Shown here: piece after piece, positions 1 to 10,234 of the stretch
Layout: every line of letters begins with the position of its first letter
Numbering within the stretch: position 1 is the stretch's first letter
NCBI GenBank assembly: GCA_963845535.1
Contig: CAWJSK010000019.1
Location: forward strand, 1 to 64,000
Direction of reading: 5' to 3'
DNA from: an uncultured Spirochaetota bacterium
GTDB taxonomy: Bacteria; Spirochaetota; Spirochaetia; SZUA-6; Fen-1364
DNA length: 64,000 bases
Translations under genes and position numbers: made by a program
Notes under the pieces: generated by a model
What the model was told of the DNA's origin: nothing
Seen by the model: the letters and a program-made list of their open reading frames with translations, nothing else
Database searches by the model: none

Positions 1-1372
1 AGAGTCGGAGAGCACACGGGGGCAGCCCGACCTGGTTCGCATCGCCGAGCATGTGCGGCAGCAGCCCAAGCGGCAGACCGCTGCCGCAGGCCCTCCCGCG
101 AGTAGAAGTGATCATCGACATTCCCGAAGAGCAGAAGCACTGTGGCTGCGGCGCTGAGTTGGTGCGCATCGATGAGGAATCCAGCGAGAAGCTGGACGTG
201 ATTCCTCCGCAGCTTCGGGTGATTCGTACCATTCGACCGATTTACGCCTGCCATGTCTGCGAAGGCTCTGGGGATGAAGGACGGCCGGCGGTCCGTATCG
301 CGCCGATGCCGCCCGCGATCATCGACAAGGGAATCGCAAGCGCAGGGCTGCTGGCCTACATCGTGACGAGCAAGTTCTGTGACTCGCTGCCGCTGTACCG
401 CCAGCAGAAGCAGTTTGCGCGCATCGGGGTGGAGCTCTCCCGTCGCACGATGGCCGACTGGATGATCGCGGCAAGTGAAGCGTGCGCTCCGCTGATGAAA
501 CTCCTGGAGGCGAAAGTACGCTCGGGGCCGCTCCTGCAGCTGGATGAGACACGCCTTCAGGTCCTGGGAGAGCCCGGACGAGCCAACACTGCGCTGAGTT
601 ACATGTGGGTCGCCCGTGGAGGGCCGCCCGAGGCGCCGGTGATTCTGTACCACTATGCCCCCAGCCGCGGCACGGAGGTAGCCGTAGAGATGCTCGGGGA
701 CTACAAAGGCTACGTACAAACCGACGGCTACGAAGTCTACGACCGAGCCTGTGACGGAGCGAAGAACGTGGTGCACGTTGGATGTTTTGCCCACGCACGT
801 CGAATGTTCCACGATGCGCACAAGAACTCGAAAAAGGCGGGCAGCGCGGAGGAGGCCTTAGCGACGATCGCCCGACTGTACCGTGTAGAGGACCAACGGG
901 AGCTCTACAAGGATCCGCAGGAGTTTGCGGCCGAACGACGTCGGCAGGTGGAGCCAATTCTGGCGGAGTTCCGCACCTGGCTGGAACGCCGAGCCGCTCA
1001 GGTTCCTCCCGAGACGTTGCTGGGCAAGGCGGTCGGCTACACGTTGGGGCAGTGGCCCAAGCTCATTCGCTATCTGGACCACCCTGCGATGGCCCCGGAT
1101 ACCAACAATTGGTCGAAGCGGGCCATAAGACCCTTTGTGTTAGGCAGAAAAAATTGGCTGTTTTCTGGCAGCCCTCGTGGTGCTACGGCCAGCGCGACGT
1201 TGTTCAGCATCATCGAGACAGCTCGCGCGAACGGCAAGGAACCCTACTGGTATCTTCGCAAGCTCTTCGAGGAACTCCCAACGGCCCGCTCGGATGCTGA
1301 CATCCTGCGCCTATCCCCGTTCCGCTCCGCCGATACCTGACCCGACCCTGGTGGGGTTCGCCACTCGCTTAC
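1..1372 (+). mobile_element. tnpC: IS66 family element, right part; TnpC transposase ends at 1340, terminus ...CGCTTAC at 1372
   Basis: Zn-finger CGCG..CHVC, LQLDET, QTDGY, GRKNWLF motifs; IS66-type GTAA/TTAC end; begins before the window, with a small indel near nt 72. Confidence 0.93.
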
Positions 1373-1531
1373 GAACGTGTGCTCGCCCGATTCCCACTCG
1401 AGGATGAAACTTGCCTTCTCGTCCATCGTCGACCGTTCCCTCCAGGGCATCCGCCTCTCCTCTCGGAGAGAACGTCGCCCGCAAAAGTGTCAACGATGTG
1501 CTTAGAATTGTGTCAACGATGTGCTCGGACA
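1373..1531 (-). mobile_element. IS481-family left end and transposase N-terminus (ATG 1450), interrupted by the IS66
   Basis: MPWRERSTMDEKASFILEWESGE resembles IS481 N-termini; TGT terminus at 1531 with two copies of GTGTCAACGATGTGCT. Confidence 0.75.
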
Positions 1532-1544
1532 GGACCTTGGAACT

Positions 1545-1659
1545 GGCTAACATAGAGTTAAGCCGCCCCGCCGCATCAACCCGGCCGCGACGGCTTTTTC
1601 CAATTCATGCCCCACTACAAGCCGGACGTTAAGGGGTCGGCTTCAACGACTTGTTATGC
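1545..1659 (-). other. Integron attC site 1
   Basis: Minus strand: R'' GCATAAC, 5-nt spacer, L'' GTTGAAGC (extra base), imperfect stem, L' GCTTAAC, R' GTTAGCC; strongly similar to 2462-2577. Confidence 0.85.
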
Positions 1660-1672
1660 CTCTCCAAGTTTT

Positions 1673-2086
1673 CTATCTGAACAAGATGTTTTCTAGTCGC
1701 TTCTTGTCTGCTTTCCGGTAGATCTCAAAGTCTCTGTCAATCGTGATGATCTGACCTATGCCCAAAAGCTCCGATGTCACAATCAGGCTAGCATCCGAAA
1801 GATCCATAGGGCGATCTCGGTACTTTTTTGTTAGAGCGACTACTCTTTCCAGATCAATGTTACCTAATTCATGGATTCGGAGGCCGCCGCGATATGCCCA
1901 TTCCAAGAAATCCAATTGAGCATCAACACTGAAATCTAGCATGTGACACGTTTCGGTAAGCACAGTCCAGGTAGTGATGAGTGTCTTTCTATTATGTGCT
2001 AAGAACTCCCGCACCCTATGATGGTACTTATCATCCCTATCGAACAGAGCAATCAGCGGGCCTGCGTCAATGAGTGCGCTTTGCAC
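1673..2086 (-). CDS. vapC: PIN-domain toxin (VapC family)
   Basis: ALIDAGPLIAL, ETCH, DLSDASL and TIDRDF PIN motifs; overlaps the antitoxin. Confidence 0.9.
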   Translation of the reverse strand: MQSALIDAGPLIALFDRDDKYHHRVREFLAHNRKTLITTWTVLTETCHMLDFSVDAQLDFLEWAYRGGLRIHELGNIDLERVVALTKKYRDRPMDLSDASLIVTSELLGIGQIITIDRDFEIYRKADKKRLENILFR

Positions 2087-2315
2087 GGATACGCTCTTTC
2101 ACTTTGATCTTATAGCTGGTCGATAGGTCACCATGGCCTGATCCATGCCTTCCAAACAGATTTTTGCCAAGGTTATAGGCGGACTCTGTTTGGTCCTTTG
2201 ATTTGACGTACGCTTCCAAAGCAGTGCGGATAATCTCGGTCTTGGTGCGTCCTTCCGTGGTAGCGATTTGCTTCACCTTCTTTTCAAGTTCTCCTGGCAG
2301 TCGTACAGACAGCAT
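2067..2315 (-). CDS. Ribbon-helix-helix (CopG-like) antitoxin
   Basis: MLSVRLPGELEKKV..KTEIIRTALEAY; RBS GAGGAG; upstream of the PIN toxin. Confidence 0.88.
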   Translation of the reverse strand: MLSVRLPGELEKKVKQIATTEGRTKTEIIRTALEAYVKSKDQTESAYNLGKNLFGRHGSGHGDLSTSYKIKVKERIRAKRTH

Positions 2316-2326
2316 AAGCATCTCCT

Positions 2327-2365
2327 CGTATTACGGAGTGTAATACGACCGTTGGCATCTGTCAA
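2327..2365 (-). promoter_or_regulatory. TA promoter with operator palindrome
   Basis: TTGACA-17 nt-TACACT on the minus strand; perfect inverted repeat CGTATTAC-N5-GTAATACG over the -10 box. Confidence 0.75.
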
Positions 2366-2461
2366 GCGGGCGTCTGACATATGTATCACCCACTGGTTGT
2401 CTGCGCGCACCGCTCTGAACTGACGACGCTTTCAAACCTGTGGGCCGCCAAGGTTGGAGAG

Positions 2462-2577
2462 GCATAACATAGAGTTAAGCCGCCCCGCCGCATCATCCCA
2501 GCCATAACGGCTTTTACGTTTCCCATTCCTCACTACAAGCCGGCCGTATAGGGGTCGGCTTCAACGACTTGTTATGT
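2462..2577 (-). other. Integron attC site 2
   Basis: Minus strand: R'' ACATAAC, L'' GTTGAAGC, L' GCTTAAC, R' GTTATGC; R' is complementary to R'' of attC1, delimiting one cassette. Confidence 0.85.
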
Positions 2578-2807
2578 TGTCATCCTTTTCGATGATATTC
2601 CCAAAAGGTGCGTTTGTCGGCTCAGCTATGATATTCAGGCTGTCGAAAAAATCTATGCGAGCGCGGGCCGGGGGTGGCATCGTGATCAAAGCCGTGTAAC
2701 CGAATATTCGACGGCGGTAAGTATTCCGCCAGCGATTGTTACAGCTATGCACCATTCCAGCCTTCCGTGTGCCCCTCTCCCAGCGATTTCACTGATCCCT
2801 CTCGAAA

Positions 2808-4092
2808 TTAGCCGGACGATGGCGCCATTTTCATGAAGTTGTGCAGCATGAACAACAGCGCTGCCTCCATGCGCACTTTCTCTACCCCCCTGCGCATCAC
2901 CGCGCGGAACTTCAGGTTCCATTTCAGATTGCCGTATGGCGACTCTGCAGTATGCGCACGCTTGTTGTACCTCTGATGTGACCTCTTTTTCTCAAACTTC
3001 GTCCGCATCCGTTGGCGAACCTCCTCATTGCGATCCCGGAACACTCGACGGTGCGTTCCCTTCGTGCATCTACTCCGATAGGCACATCTGGCGCAGGCAC
3101 TTGGATTCTCGTAGCGGTCATGAAGCCGGCCGTTGATTTCAACAGACCCTGTATTGCTCAATATCCATCCCCTCGGGCAGCGATAGCTGTCGCTATTGGC
3201 CCGAAAACTGAACTTCGAACGGTCATACTCCCCCTTCGCCGTTCTCTCGGTTTCCTCCACATCGATGCGCTGGTCGGGGATCAGTGCCTCCTGGCCATCC
3301 AATTTCAGCTTCTCATAATTGTCCATGCTGGCAAATCCGGCGTCCGCTTCGACCTCCAGGTGCTTCTCCCTCGTGTTCTGACGGCTGCCCTCGATGGCCT
3401 CAGGCAACGCCGCCGCATCATTGTCGTCAGCATTCACTTGGAAATGTGTCACAATATCGTGGCTCACATCCGTGGTTGTGGTGATCGAAAACGCTGGATT
3501 CTTCTCCCCATTGGCCTGTTGCATGATATGGGCGTCCGGGTCGGTGATGTTGACCTTCTCCTTTTCAACAAGCTCTTGCTTCTTCTTCTCGCTTGCCTCG
3601 CGGCTCTTCTCTGCCAATCGCTCCAGGAGAATCTTCCTGGCTTCCCGCACCCTTTGCGCGCGCCGTTTCAACGCCAGAACTTCCTCTTCCTCGGCGTTCT
3701 TGGCGTCCGAGGCGGTCTCCAGCACTTCCTTCAGACGTTGGGCAATCTTGTTCTCTTCCTTCTTGATCCCCTCGAGAGTCTTGCTCTGCTTGTAGTTGGC
3801 ATTCGCCCGCAGCTTCACGCTGTCGATGGCCAGAAGGTCGAACTCGATCAGATTCTGCTCCACACAGCTCGCAACCACTTGGCTGAACAACTCCACGATT
3901 TCCCCAGCAAACCGCGCCAGAAAAAGTCCCATCGTCGAATGATCGATGCTCATAGCGCCGGTCAGCCACTTGTAGGCCAGATTGTTGATCGTGTCTTCTT
4001 CCATCTTGCGTAGTGAGAACCGGCAGCTGTGAAGTGCCAACAGAGCGACTTTCAAAAGTGTTTTCGGATGAAAGGGGGGTCGTCCATTCTCG
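2808..4092 (-). pseudogene. IS1182 family transposase, 5'-truncated
   Basis: GRPPFHPKTLLKV, DHST, AIDSVKLRANAN, TDPDA, ADAGF, AESPYGNLK; N-terminus missing; candidate right ends near 2762 or 2636. Confidence 0.85.
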
Positions 4093-4950
4093 GAGCCAGT
4101 GTAACTTCCCGTTGATGCTCAGTCCTGTTTCATCGAAATGCACCACCGGCGCACGAACAAGCTTCTCTCTGATCTGTTCCACCACCCTTTCCAGACGTCG
4201 GGCACAGCGACCATCTGTGCTGGCAAGGGTACCGGCGCTCACAGCAATGGCGAACAAGTCTGACAACGCTTCGGCGGTCCGTTGATAGGAGAGAAACCCA
4301 TAGTTCTTCAGGTACACCGCAAAGGCTCTCAGGCGCGTTCCATACTGGGCCTTGTGAGTCACCCCCTCAGGGAACTCTCCCCGGGAAAGCTCTCCACAGT
4401 GAGGGCAGCGTTTGATCTGCGCTCGATGCTCGGTGACCTCCACAGTAATGCGAGGGATATCGAAAACCTGCCGTGGGACAAAGCCTCGTGGCTTCACATC
4501 CTTCAACGATCTGCCGCAACGCCCACAGCGTTTGACCTCATGAACTGCCACCTGGGCTGGATCGCTTACCATCCGCAGCGTCGTGCCCTCGTGTCCCTCC
4601 TGACCGCCAGGTTTCTTGCTACTGCGCTCTCGATTCTTTGCGGTGAACCTTCGCTTCGGTCCATCTGTGGAAGGCGGTTTGTCGCTGTTGTGGCTGTCCT
4701 TGTTGATCCTCTCTTCAAGTTCTTCGATTCTCGCTTCGTGTTCCTCGATTACTGCAAGGAGGGCGTCTTGAAGATATTCGAACAGAGAGACAACGGCCTC
4801 AGGACCAGCCCTGTACGCGTTGAGGATTTGCTCGCGCCCTATGCGCGGTAATCGCTTCTTGCCACCCCCACCCATGCATGAAAGAATTCCACATTCTTAC
4901 GATTTCCGGAATACCCCAACATTTGTCCGGTATTCTAGCTGAACAGATAC
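4093..4950 (-). mobile_element. IS66 family (single-ORF, ISBst12-like) left end and 3'-truncated transposase (ATG 4875)
   Basis: KDSHNSDKPPSTD, KPGGQEGHEG, CxxC, RQVFDIP, HFDETG; end GTATCTGTTCAGC at 4950; homology stops at KLHWL. Confidence 0.85.
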
Positions 4951-4985
4951 ATTTTGAGAATGTATACAGCCCTCCGACCCTTCAC
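4951..4985 (-). pseudogene. Possible N-terminal stub (MKGRRAVYILK) of a sixth ~90-aa family paralogue, cut by IS66
   Basis: Preceded by a copy of the family upstream motif; YILK matches the YTLKV/YTLEV first strand. Confidence 0.45.
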
Positions 4986-5052
4986 GTCCGGCACAGTGTA
5001 TACGCAGCCAAAGATGCAAACAAGAGGCTACGGACGAGTAAGCTTCTCGATA

Positions 5053-6743
5053 TTAGTCCGGTGTTACGTATTCTTTGAGAGTAAATCGGATGCCAGGGAA
5101 CTTTTTGGCAAACCATTCCATTTCTTTTTCAAGTAGGTTATCACAGTCAAGGATGTCCACAAACTGACGCCGATAGGAAGACCTTGTAGACGAGCCGGAC
5201 GCTTCAAGGGCTACTATAGATCTTGGTGGATAGGAAATGAAAAGGGGCATACCCTTCGGTTGCTATCAAACCCAACGGGTTACCGAAGGAGGAACGTATG
5301 CCCGGGAAGAAGAGTACGGCAATTGAGGCGGTGGGTGCAACGGCTGACGAGATCCAAGGCACTATCGAACGGATCGCCCGAGAAGGGGCGAGGAAGCTGT
5401 TCCAAGCAGCTCTTGAAGCGGAAGTCGAGGAGCACTTGAGTCGCTATGAGCAGCTCAAGGATGGCGAGGGTCATCAAGCGGTGGTACGCAACGGTCATGC
5501 CCCGCGACGGCTGATCCTGACGGGAGTGGGACCGGTAGCGGTACGACGTCCGCGTATCGATGAACGTGAGGCGAAGGGACAGGGTGGGCACACGAAGTTT
5601 ACCAGCAACATTCTCCCGCGGTTTCTGCGCCGCAGCCCAACCCTCGAAGGGGCCCTGGCAACGCTGTACCTCAAGGGGATCAGCACCAACGACTTCGGCA
5701 CTGCCCTGGCGGCGATCATGGGCGAAGGGGCGTCCGGGCTGTCCGCCTCCGTGATCAGCAAGCTCAAGCAGGTGTGGGAGAATGAGTATGAGGCATGGCG
5801 CAAAGGGCCTCTTGAGTCCCGGCAGTACGCCTACCTGTGGGCTGATGGGGTGTACTTCAACGTGCGCCTTGAGGAGGAGCGCACCTGTATCCTGGTGGTC
5901 ATTGGGGCCAATTCCCAAGGGAAAAAGGAGTTGCTGGCCGTTCGCGATGGATATCGTGAGAGCGAGCAGAGCTGGAAGGAGTTGCTGCTAGAGCTGAAGA
6001 GTCGAGGGCTGGAGGTCGATCCGAAGCTGGCGATTGCCGATGGGGGCCTTGGGTTCTGGAAAGCCCTTCCCCAAGTGTTTCCTACAACCCGAGCTCAGCG
6101 ATGTTGGGTCCACAAAACGCGGAACGTGCTGGACAAGATGCCCAAGAGCCTGCACGGACGGGCAAAGAGCATGATCCGCGACATCTACATGTCGGAGAAC
6201 AAGGCAGCGGCGCTGAAGGCCTACCGCTTGTTCCTCGATTCGTTTCGCGAGAAATACCCCAAGGCGGTCGCGTGTCTGGAGGGCGACGAAGAGGCGTTGT
6301 TCAACTTCTACGAAATGCCTGCTGCACACTGGCAGCATATCAGAAGCACCAACGTCATCGAGAGCGTTTTCGCGACAGTGAGGTTGCGCACGGAGAAGAC
6401 CAAGGGCTGTGGCACGCGCCTGGCGACGTTGGCCATGGCATTCAAGCTCATGCAGGAGGCCCAGAAGAACTGGCGCCGACTGGATGATTGGGAAAAACTC
6501 ACGCTGGTCTTTGAGGGCCGCCGATTCGTTGACGGCGTCATTCAAGAGGACGCGGTGGCATAGGAAGCTTTCCGAATGGGAATGCCCCTCTCATCCACCA
6601 AGATTGACAGTATCCCACGCTTCAACTGGTATCCCGCCATGCGTTGTGACTATTATGGCAAGCACGGAATCCAGTTGATCCCTTATGTCACTCTCAGAGC
6701 CTTCAATAAACGATGCCTCGACTTCAAGAGAGAATTTGGTCAT
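5053..6743 (-). pseudogene. Unknown ~90-aa family paralogue P1, split by IS256
   Basis: Removing the IS and one TSD copy gives MTKFSLEVEASF...THGGIPVEASGSS...KKFPGIRFTLKEYVTPD; G-rich RBS. Confidence 0.8.
5208..6616 (+). mobile_element. IS256 family element, transposase 5298-6563
   Basis: YLWADGVY, IADGGLG, QRCWVHK, RSTNVIES; IRs GGGCTACTATAGATCTTGGTGGAT / GGGATACTGTCAATCTTGGTGGAT; 9-bp TSD ACGCTTCAA. Confidence 0.95.
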
Positions 6744-6880
6744 GCAATCCCCCCTCAGCGTCAAACATAAGGACTACTGCCGAGCGCAGGCAACGAGGCA
6801 CAGAACTCACGCTTTGAGGTAACCCCGGTCAACCCGGCCAAGGGAGTATTTTTTGAACACCTTTTAGTGATAGCTCGGTG

Positions 6881-7156
6881 TCATTCCGTTTGCATGGATT
6901 CTTCTTCAAGAATAAAGCGGGTGTCAGGATACTTCTTCCTCAACCCCCTAACTTGTTTTGCAAGCGAATACCCCTCGTCGCTCATGTCCACACAACAACG
7001 ATGAAAGTGGGTTTTGCTAGAAGCGTTCAGGGGTTCAAGGACTATCCCTGTGTGTTCGTCGGCAAGAGTGACAAGCTCAGAAGCGAGTTGGCTTGCGTTG
7101 TTATTCGATGAGCCTACTGTAAAGGGCGCTATGACTTCCAGAAGAAAAGTGTTCAC
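6881..7156 (-). CDS. Unknown ~90-aa family paralogue P2
   Basis: GTG start after AGGAGG; FLLEV..QLASEL..HTG..KKYPDTRFIL aligns with P1 and P3-P5. Confidence 0.75.
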   Translation of the reverse strand: MNTFLLEVIAPFTVGSSNNNASQLASELVTLADEHTGIVLEPLNASSKTHFHRCCVDMSDEGYSLAKQVRGLRKKYPDTRFILEEESMQTE

Positions 7157-7496
7157 ACAATTCCTCCTAAAAGACCAGAGTATACCTAGCCAACGAAGCA
7201 AGCAAGAAGCGCTGCCCGATGAGCCGACATTCGGCTCTCCACAGAGTTTGCTGAAAGGATCAATCTTGGCTGTCCCACCTCTGGAATTAGGCATCTGCGG
7301 CACTGTGAAAGTGGGAAGGAAAACTTTCAATCTTGGGGGCGGCGATTTGTGGAAGGTGAATCTTCTTTTGTTTCCATATGGGGGGTATGCATACTACTAC
7401 TTCTGCTCGACCCTTATGCCCAAAAAAGACAACTGCAACGCTGTCGACAAAGATATGCCGTCGGACGTTTGCCGACGGCTTTATATCAGTTTTCCA

Positions 7497-7805
7497 CTAA
7501 AAGTTGAGATCAAGCTGGATGCTCAAACCGCTTTTTCCACCATCATCTCTCTCATCGTTATGCCACTGATACCAATCGTGCCACAGTTGGGCATGGTCTT
7601 TACGCCACTTAATGTCCTCCCTTGTAGCCCCACGATGTGCCTGCCATTCACGGTCATATTCTGACCATTGCTTGGAATGAGACTTCCATACCTGAGCGTG
7701 TTGTTGCCTCCACTGTTGATCATGCTTTGCATGAGTATCAGCATAGGCCAAAGAGGAGAGGCCAACTGCCAGAATGACAGCTACAATGACTAAAAGCCGC
7801 TTCAT
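7497..7805 (-). CDS. Secreted His/Trp-rich small protein
   Basis: RBS GGAGG; signal peptide MKRLLVIVAVILAVGLSSLAYA; W/H-rich repeats. Confidence 0.7.
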   Translation of the reverse strand: MKRLLVIVAVILAVGLSSLAYADTHAKHDQQWRQQHAQVWKSHSKQWSEYDREWQAHRGATREDIKWRKDHAQLWHDWYQWHNDERDDGGKSGLSIQLDLNF

Positions 7806-7889
7806 TTGATACCTCCGGTGATTTTTAATGGTACCCCACCTCATACTTTTTTTCTACGCCACGAGAGGAAGCGTTTCACACTTTGAGAA

Positions 7890-7945
7890 TTTCCGGAACC
7901 TCCAACATCTGTCCGGTAATCCTGCCAGGAGAGCTGAATAGTCAC
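7890..7945 (-). mobile_element. Orphan IS66 (ISBst12-like) terminal fragment
   Basis: TTCCGGAA..CCAACAT.TGTCCGGTA...GCTGAATAGTCAC resembles the IS end at 4903-4950; no transposase follows. Confidence 0.55.
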
Positions 7946-8159
7946 GGTGAATCGATGGATGAATCGCCATGGCAGAAATTATCGAGAAGATCACAAAAGA
8001 GATTGAGTCTGATCCCACGATCAATGCGAATGAACTGCGGCGTCATCGGCTAAGAAAGATAGGGTAATGAAGATTGTCCAAAGAGAGGCTGGCGACAACA
8101 ATTCGCTTTCCTTGCGCTCGGAGCAAACATCTCACTGACCGTGAGAATCACGCTGTTGC

Positions 8160-8417
8160 CTAGGACTTTTCCAAGACAAACGAAACGCCGGGATACTTCC
8201 CCGCAAACTTGCCGATTTCTCTTTCAAGGGATTGTTCGTTATCAACCAAGTTTACACACCAACGCACATAAGACATAATAGCAAAAGGATCAGGTTCAAC
8301 TACTTTTCCACCGTGCTTTTCGGCAAGAACGGAAAGTTGTCTGGAAAGTCGTTCAATGATCTCGTTCGATGAGCCTACGACAAACAACGCTTTGACCTTG
8401 AGGGTGTATGCATTCAT
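8160..8417 (-). CDS. Unknown ~90-aa family paralogue P3
   Basis: YTLKV..KHGGKVVE..SLERE..GKYPGVSFVL. Confidence 0.75.
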   Translation of the reverse strand: MNAYTLKVKALFVVGSSNEIIERLSRQLSVLAEKHGGKVVEPDPFAIMSYVRWCVNLVDNEQSLEREIGKFAGKYPGVSFVLEKS

Positions 8418-8454
8418 GAGATGCCAGACTTTTCAAGTGTGCGTCTTAGCGGAA

Positions 8455-8721
8455 TCAAGGTGTCGTAAACTGTTTGAGGGTAAACCTCGCGTCAGGAAAC
8501 TTCTCTCGCAACCATTTCACTTCTTCTTCGAGAGAGTTCTCGCAATCAAAGATGTTTACATACTGACGCTGAAACTTCTTCATAGATATCTGCGAAGATT
8601 CAACCACCATCCCGCCGTGCACAGTTGCAATGGCATCAAGGGCAGATTCAAGTTGGTCTTCGTTGGCTACCCGAAGTTCCTGTACGAACGGCGTCACAAC
8701 TTCGAGCGTGTATCTACCCAC
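8455..8721 (-). CDS. Unknown ~90-aa family paralogue P4
   Basis: GTG start after GGAG; YTLEV..VHGGMVVE..SLEEE..EKFPDARFTL. Confidence 0.75.
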   Translation of the reverse strand: MGRYTLEVVTPFVQELRVANEDQLESALDAIATVHGGMVVESSQISMKKFQRQYVNIFDCENSLEEEVKWLREKFPDARFTLKQFTTP

Positions 8722-8911
8722 CCCAATCGCTCCGACTAGAAGATAGGTATGTGCCTGTCGGGAATCAAGGCAATGCTTCTTTTTCAACCATTCCACTGTC
8801 TTTGCCAGGGCAAAAGAGGTCAGACTGGGGCGGTCTCACGAATAGGAAAATGACCCCTTGCCGGGAAGGCATTTTACCCTGCTTTTTGAAAGCATTACGC
8901 GCGTGCGGCTC

Positions 8912-9547
8912 TTATGAATGCGAGGAGGAAGACTGCTGAGAGTCTTTTGTTGACTCCTTCTCTACGAGTTCGGTCAAGAACTTTTCGTATTGTGAGAACT
9001 CTTTGGGCTGATTCTCCAAGAGCCATTCTGCATCTGCGCCGTTTCGCAGCATTGCTCGAAATCGGATAAGCTTCTGTCGATTTTCAAGTGGTACGTTCCT
9101 TTGGATAAGCTTAATGGCAACATCGTCTATACATTTCAAGAATGTGGCTCGAATGATCCTTGCTTGAGTGACAACACTTTCCGCGCCATGAAGTCGAGGC
9201 AAGTTCTTGTTGCGAGCCTCGACCTGGCTCTCTGTGCACGGTAACGTGCTTTCCTTTCCTGTCGTGATCCATTCCAAGTAGTTGGAGTCTTTCAACTCAA
9301 TAAAGAAGGATGCTCTTTTTTCGGCTACCAATGCCTTCCACAGTTCTCTCGCTCGCTGCCATCGGCTCGTAGTGGATGCATCCCGAGTGGAATCGTCGGG
9401 TCTGATAAACTTATCGAACATAAGTTCGAGGATTTCATCCCTGTATTTCGTTGCGAGTGCACCCTCGTCTTTTGAGCCGCTTTGCAGAAAGGGAAGCCCG
9501 GAAGTGTCCCTGGCGAAATGTCTCCTTTTGTCATTGGACATCCACAT
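8912..9547 (-). CDS. Hypothetical protein (start uncertain)
   Basis: Long ORF with protein-like composition; no motif recognised. Confidence 0.55.
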   Translation of the reverse strand: MWMSNDKRRHFARDTSGLPFLQSGSKDEGALATKYRDEILELMFDKFIRPDDSTRDASTTSRWQRARELWKALVAEKRASFFIELKDSNYLEWITTGKESTLPCTESQVEARNKNLPRLHGAESVVTQARIIRATFLKCIDDVAIKLIQRNVPLENRQKLIRFRAMLRNGADAEWLLENQPKEFSQYEKFLTELVEKESTKDSQQSSSSHS

Positions 9548-9912
9548 AGCTATTTTCGCTCTCCCGCAAACATTTCCAAGAGAACCCTGTGGCGCAACAT
9601 AAGCGGGGGCTGCCACAGGGTCCGGCGTCCTCATTTGGATGCCGAAAGAAAGATAATAAATCTGTTCAATACCAGGCAAGGTGACTTGGTTAGAGATTTA
9701 TCAAGGATCATATAGCCGGGGAAGGAGCCTTTCACAAATCGCGGAGGTCAGGGTTCAGAAAGAACAGACTTCAATACCTGATTGAGAGCAGTGTCCAACT
9801 CGTTGTTCTTCACGCTCTCCTTATAAGTTCACTCATCGGAATACCCCAACAAGAAAAGACAGTAGACGAGCGATCAGCGATATTTTTTCAGGCTTTTCCT
9901 TTCGGTTCCGGC

Positions 9913-10110
9913 TCATGTCGCCTTCTTGAACCATTCCTGATTCAAGGCTGTGCATAGCAATCTTGCTGGAATAGACGTTACGAAGAAAATCGGCATTCCT
10001 ACGTGATCAGCATCTCCGTGAGTCAGCATGATAAGCTTGAGCTTGCAAGGCTTGCGGCCAGCATTGTCAAGTTCAAGGCGGTTAGCAAAGCAAAAGTATC
10101 TGATCTTCTC
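9913..10110 (-). pseudogene. Possible metallo-beta-lactamase-fold fragment
   Basis: LKLIMLTHGDADHVG resembles the MBL THxHxDH motif; the surrounding frame is broken. Confidence 0.4.
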
Positions 10111-10234
10111 CGGGGTCCGTACCGCCCAAACAGGAGAAGGAGGACTCCAAGAGACCAAGTTCAAGAGTTCACGGATAACTATTGTCCTCCATAGTCGTTG
10201 AAGAGAGCCTTTGTAGTGAGCCGCTTCTATAAGA

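Noticed and set aside
1487..2577. Repeats as a CRISPR array
   Set aside because: Only two long copies flanking genes (attC) plus IS481 end repeats; no regular spacers or cas genes
3565..4875. 436-aa intact IS66 transposase
   Set aside because: Beyond ~4093 it is out-of-frame read-through into IS1182 sequence
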